A stretch of DNA of 64,000 bases, taken from Patescibacteria group bacterium (GTDB taxonomy: Bacteria; Patescibacteriota; Minisyncoccia; UBA6257; GWB1-50-10). Positions 61,561-64,000 of the stretch are shown piece after piece. The notes beneath the pieces are model-generated. The model was not told the DNA's origin, did not search any database, and worked only from the letters and a program-made list of their open reading frames with translations. Position 1 is the stretch's first letter. Every line of letters starts with the position of its first letter. The DNA is taken from assembly GCA_023474215.1 (NCBI GenBank), contig JAMCYI010000013.1:16168-80167 (forward strand), written 5' to 3'. The position numbers and the translations under genes are program-made.

Positions 61561-61983
61561 ATGCAAATACACGAATTAAAACCCAAACACGCCCTGCGGA
61601 AAGAAAAGAGGATCGGCCGGGGCGGAAAAAGAGGAACGACGTCCGGCGGCGGACAAAAAGGACAGAAATCGCGGGCTGGGCATAAAATACGTCCCGCCCA
61701 GCGCGACATGATCCAGCGGCTCCCGAAACTTCGAGGCGTGAAAAATCCCCCAAAGAAAAGAGGACAAATCGTCATCATCCACACAAGCCGGCTCGAGAGT
61801 GTCGCTGAAAACAAGGCGATATCTCCAAAAATACTCAAAGGAAAGGGTATAATAAAGAAAGATTCCGATCCGGTGAAAATCCTCTTCGACAAAGAACCCG
61901 GAGCGGCGTTTGCCGTCACGGGGCTCCGGCTTTCCGAAAAAGCGAAGGCCGCGATCCTGAAAGCGGGAGGCACGGTGGCGTAA
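61561..61983 (+). CDS. rplO: 50S ribosomal protein L15
   Basis: RIGRGGKRGTTSGGGQKGQKSRAG, RLPKLRG. Confidence 0.97.
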   Translation: MQIHELKPKHALRKEKRIGRGGKRGTTSGGGQKGQKSRAGHKIRPAQRDMIQRLPKLRGVKNPPKKRGQIVIIHTSRLESVAENKAISPKILKGKGIIKKDSDPVKILFDKEPGAAFAVTGLRLSEKAKAAILKAGGTVA

Positions 61984-61986
61984 TCC

Positions 61987-63258
61987 ATGAAAAAATTCCT
62001 TCAGATTTTCAAGATACCCGATTTAAGGAAAAAGGTCTTAAGCGTCCTTTTCCTGCTTTTTGTTTTCCGATTGATGGCCGCAATCCCGATCCCGGGAATC
62101 AACGCGGCGCAATTGCAGCAATTCTTATCATCCAACCAACTCTTCGGATTCTTGAACATCTTTTCAGGGGGAGGCATATCGAATCTTTCCATCATGATGC
62201 TCGGCGTCGGCCCTTACATCACGGCAACGATCATCATGCAGCTTTTAACGATCGTCTTTCCGCAACTCAAAAAGATCTACTATGAAGAAGGAGCCGAGGG
62301 ACAAGCAAAATTCAACCGGATCTCGCGCTATATCACGGTTCCTCTTGCCATCCTCCAGGCATACGGATTTTTGAACCTCTTAATATCTCAAAAAGTCTTG
62401 AACCCGCTTCCGTTTTCGAACGTCATTGCGAACGTCCTCGTCATTACGGCAGGAAGCGTATTCTTGATGTGGATCGGCGAACTCATTTCTGAATACAATA
62501 TCGGGAACGGCGTTTCCCTTATCATCTTCGCCGGCATCGTATCCGGCCTTCCAAGGGAAATCGGCGCCATGTTCTTCAATTACAATCCTTCGATGCTTCC
62601 AACCTACCTCGCCTTCGTCGTTCTTGCCGTGATCGTGATCGCGGGAGTCACCTTCATCAATGAAAGCGAACGGAAGATCCCCATTTCATACGCCAAACAA
62701 GTGCGGGGAATGAAGATGTACGGCGGCGTCTCGACATACTTACCGCTCAAGGTGAACCAAGCAGGCGTCATTCCCATTATTTTCGCCATCTCGCTCTTGC
62801 TCTTCCCGCAGTTCTTCGCACAAGCTGCCGCCGTCATATCGCCGGGCTTATCGGCAACCATGACAGCGTGGTCATCTTCCTTCTTCAATAATATTCCGTT
62901 GTACAGCTTGGCATATTTCATTCTTGTCGTTCTCTTCACATACTTCTATACCGCCATTACTTTCGATCCGGAAGAAATCGCAAAAAATCTGCAGCGGAGC
63001 GGCGGATTCATCCCCGGCATCCGGCCCGGCGAAGCAACGGCCGAGATGATAACGCGAGTGATCCATCGGATCACATTTTGGGGCGCGCTTTTCCTCGGCG
63101 TTGTCGCCATCCTTCCGAACTTGACGCAAATAGCGACCGGTATAACCTCCCTCACGATCGGCGGAACAGCACTCCTTATCGTCGTCGCCGTCGCCCTCGA
63201 GGTGATGAAAGCGGTTGAATCGCAACTCACCGTCAGGGAATACGAAGGAATAATGTAA
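61987..63258 (+). CDS. secY: preprotein translocase subunit SecY
   Basis: LGVGPYITATII, IGNGVSLIIF, AGVIPIIFA, FIPGIRPG. Confidence 0.99.
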   Translation: MKKFLQIFKIPDLRKKVLSVLFLLFVFRLMAAIPIPGINAAQLQQFLSSNQLFGFLNIFSGGGISNLSIMMLGVGPYITATIIMQLLTIVFPQLKKIYYEEGAEGQAKFNRISRYITVPLAILQAYGFLNLLISQKVLNPLPFSNVIANVLVITAGSVFLMWIGELISEYNIGNGVSLIIFAGIVSGLPREIGAMFFNYNPSMLPTYLAFVVLAVIVIAGVTFINESERKIPISYAKQVRGMKMYGGVSTYLPLKVNQAGVIPIIFAISLLLFPQFFAQAAAVISPGLSATMTAWSSSFFNNIPLYSLAYFILVVLFTYFYTAITFDPEEIAKNLQRSGGFIPGIRPGEATAEMITRVIHRITFWGALFLGVVAILPNLTQIATGITSLTIGGTALLIVVAVALEVMKAVESQLTVREYEGIM

Positions 63259-63941
63259 TGAAAACAGCCGTCGCCATTTACGGCCCTCCAGGCTCCGGGA
63301 AGGGAACTCAAGCAGAGCTCTTGGTAAAACGATACGGTTTTTTTCACTTTGACACCGGTGCGTATCTCCGGAGGCTTTTGAACGACCCTAAAAACAAGCA
63401 CGACAAGGAGATCCAAAAGGAGAAAAAATTGAACGACGAGGGGACCCTCAATACGCCCTCGTTCGTTCTGAAGCGGGTGAAAAAAGAAACCGAACGGATC
63501 TCGAGAACGGGCCAAAGCATCGTCTACAGCGGATCTCCGAGAACGCTCTTTGAGGCTTTTGGGGATACGAAGAACAAAGGATTGCTCGCTTTATTGAAAA
63601 AAGAATACGGACCGAAAAACGTCTTCATCGTGCAGCTCTTGGTAAATCCGAAAACCGCCGCAAAGCGGAATGCAGGGAGGCTTATGTGCTCGGTATGCGG
63701 ACTGCCTATCCTTGCAGCGTCGAAAGCAAAGACATGCTCCTTTTGCGGAGCGAAAGCCATGCGGAGGATCGATGACAATCCGAAGCTTTTCGCACACCGC
63801 CTCGATCAATACAAAAAGCGGACGTTCCCCATTTTGCTCAAAGCGGAAAAAGCTGGTTACGCCATTAAAAAAGTGAACGGGGAACCGGCGCCGTACCTCA
63901 TCCATCGGAAAATAGCCGCCCTCCTGCGCTTCGCAAAATAG
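63258..63941 (+). CDS. adk: adenylate kinase (zinc-lid type)
   Basis: GPPGSGKGTQA, GSPRT, CSVC...CSFC lid; follows secY. Confidence 0.92.
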   Translation: MKTAVAIYGPPGSGKGTQAELLVKRYGFFHFDTGAYLRRLLNDPKNKHDKEIQKEKKLNDEGTLNTPSFVLKRVKKETERISRTGQSIVYSGSPRTLFEAFGDTKNKGLLALLKKEYGPKNVFIVQLLVNPKTAAKRNAGRLMCSVCGLPILAASKAKTCSFCGAKAMRRIDDNPKLFAHRLDQYKKRTFPILLKAEKAGYAIKKVNGEPAPYLIHRKIAALLRFAK

Positions 63942-63945
63942 ACCA

Positions 63946-64000
63946 ATGGTTCTTCTTAAAAAAGACAAGGATATCGACGGCTTACGGAAGTCGGGGAAAA
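63946..64000 (+). CDS. map: methionine aminopeptidase, 5' fragment
   Basis: MVLLKKDKDIDGLRKSGK resembles the Map N-terminus; conserved position after adk; runs off the window. Confidence 0.7.
   Translation, partial: MVLLKKDKDIDGLRKSGK

Overview
64-kb core-chromosome segment of a Candidate Phyla Radiation (Patescibacteria, probably Parcubacteria-like) bacterium using genetic code 11. The lineage call is inferred from the missing rpmD/L30 between rpsE and rplO, an archaeal-type UMP kinase, a short HrcA, a compact RelA/SpoT, a Cys-rich 580-aa zinc-ribbon protein and apparently leaderless genes. In order, the window holds: an AT-richer accessory islet (~4.3-8.6 kb; nucleotidyltransferase plus two coupled HEPN-motif genes); the CIRCE-controlled hrcA-grpE-dnaK-dnaJ operon with xseAB; tRNA-Leu followed by a LAGLIDADG endonuclease; parA/parB; housekeeping genes (xth, rel, groES/EL, thyA, folA, lemA, htpX, pyrH); tRNA-Ser; an ABC transporter; the F1Fo ATP synthase operon; dnaG-rpoD; tRNA-Pro; and the str/S10/spc ribosomal cluster through secY-adk-map. 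The most unusual signal is non-coding: several 140-220-nt dispersed, highly structured elements, each closed by a long stem unique to its locus. Three copies (8740-8877, 18969-19114, 53295-53437) are clear homologues with invariant loop motifs and compensatory stem changes, and one is read in frame inside parB. Also present are a DnaA-box-led G/C-run palindromic repeat family and a candidate ~245-nt RNA with its own promoter between parA and parB. All calls come from reading the sequence by eye; no database search or folding program was run.
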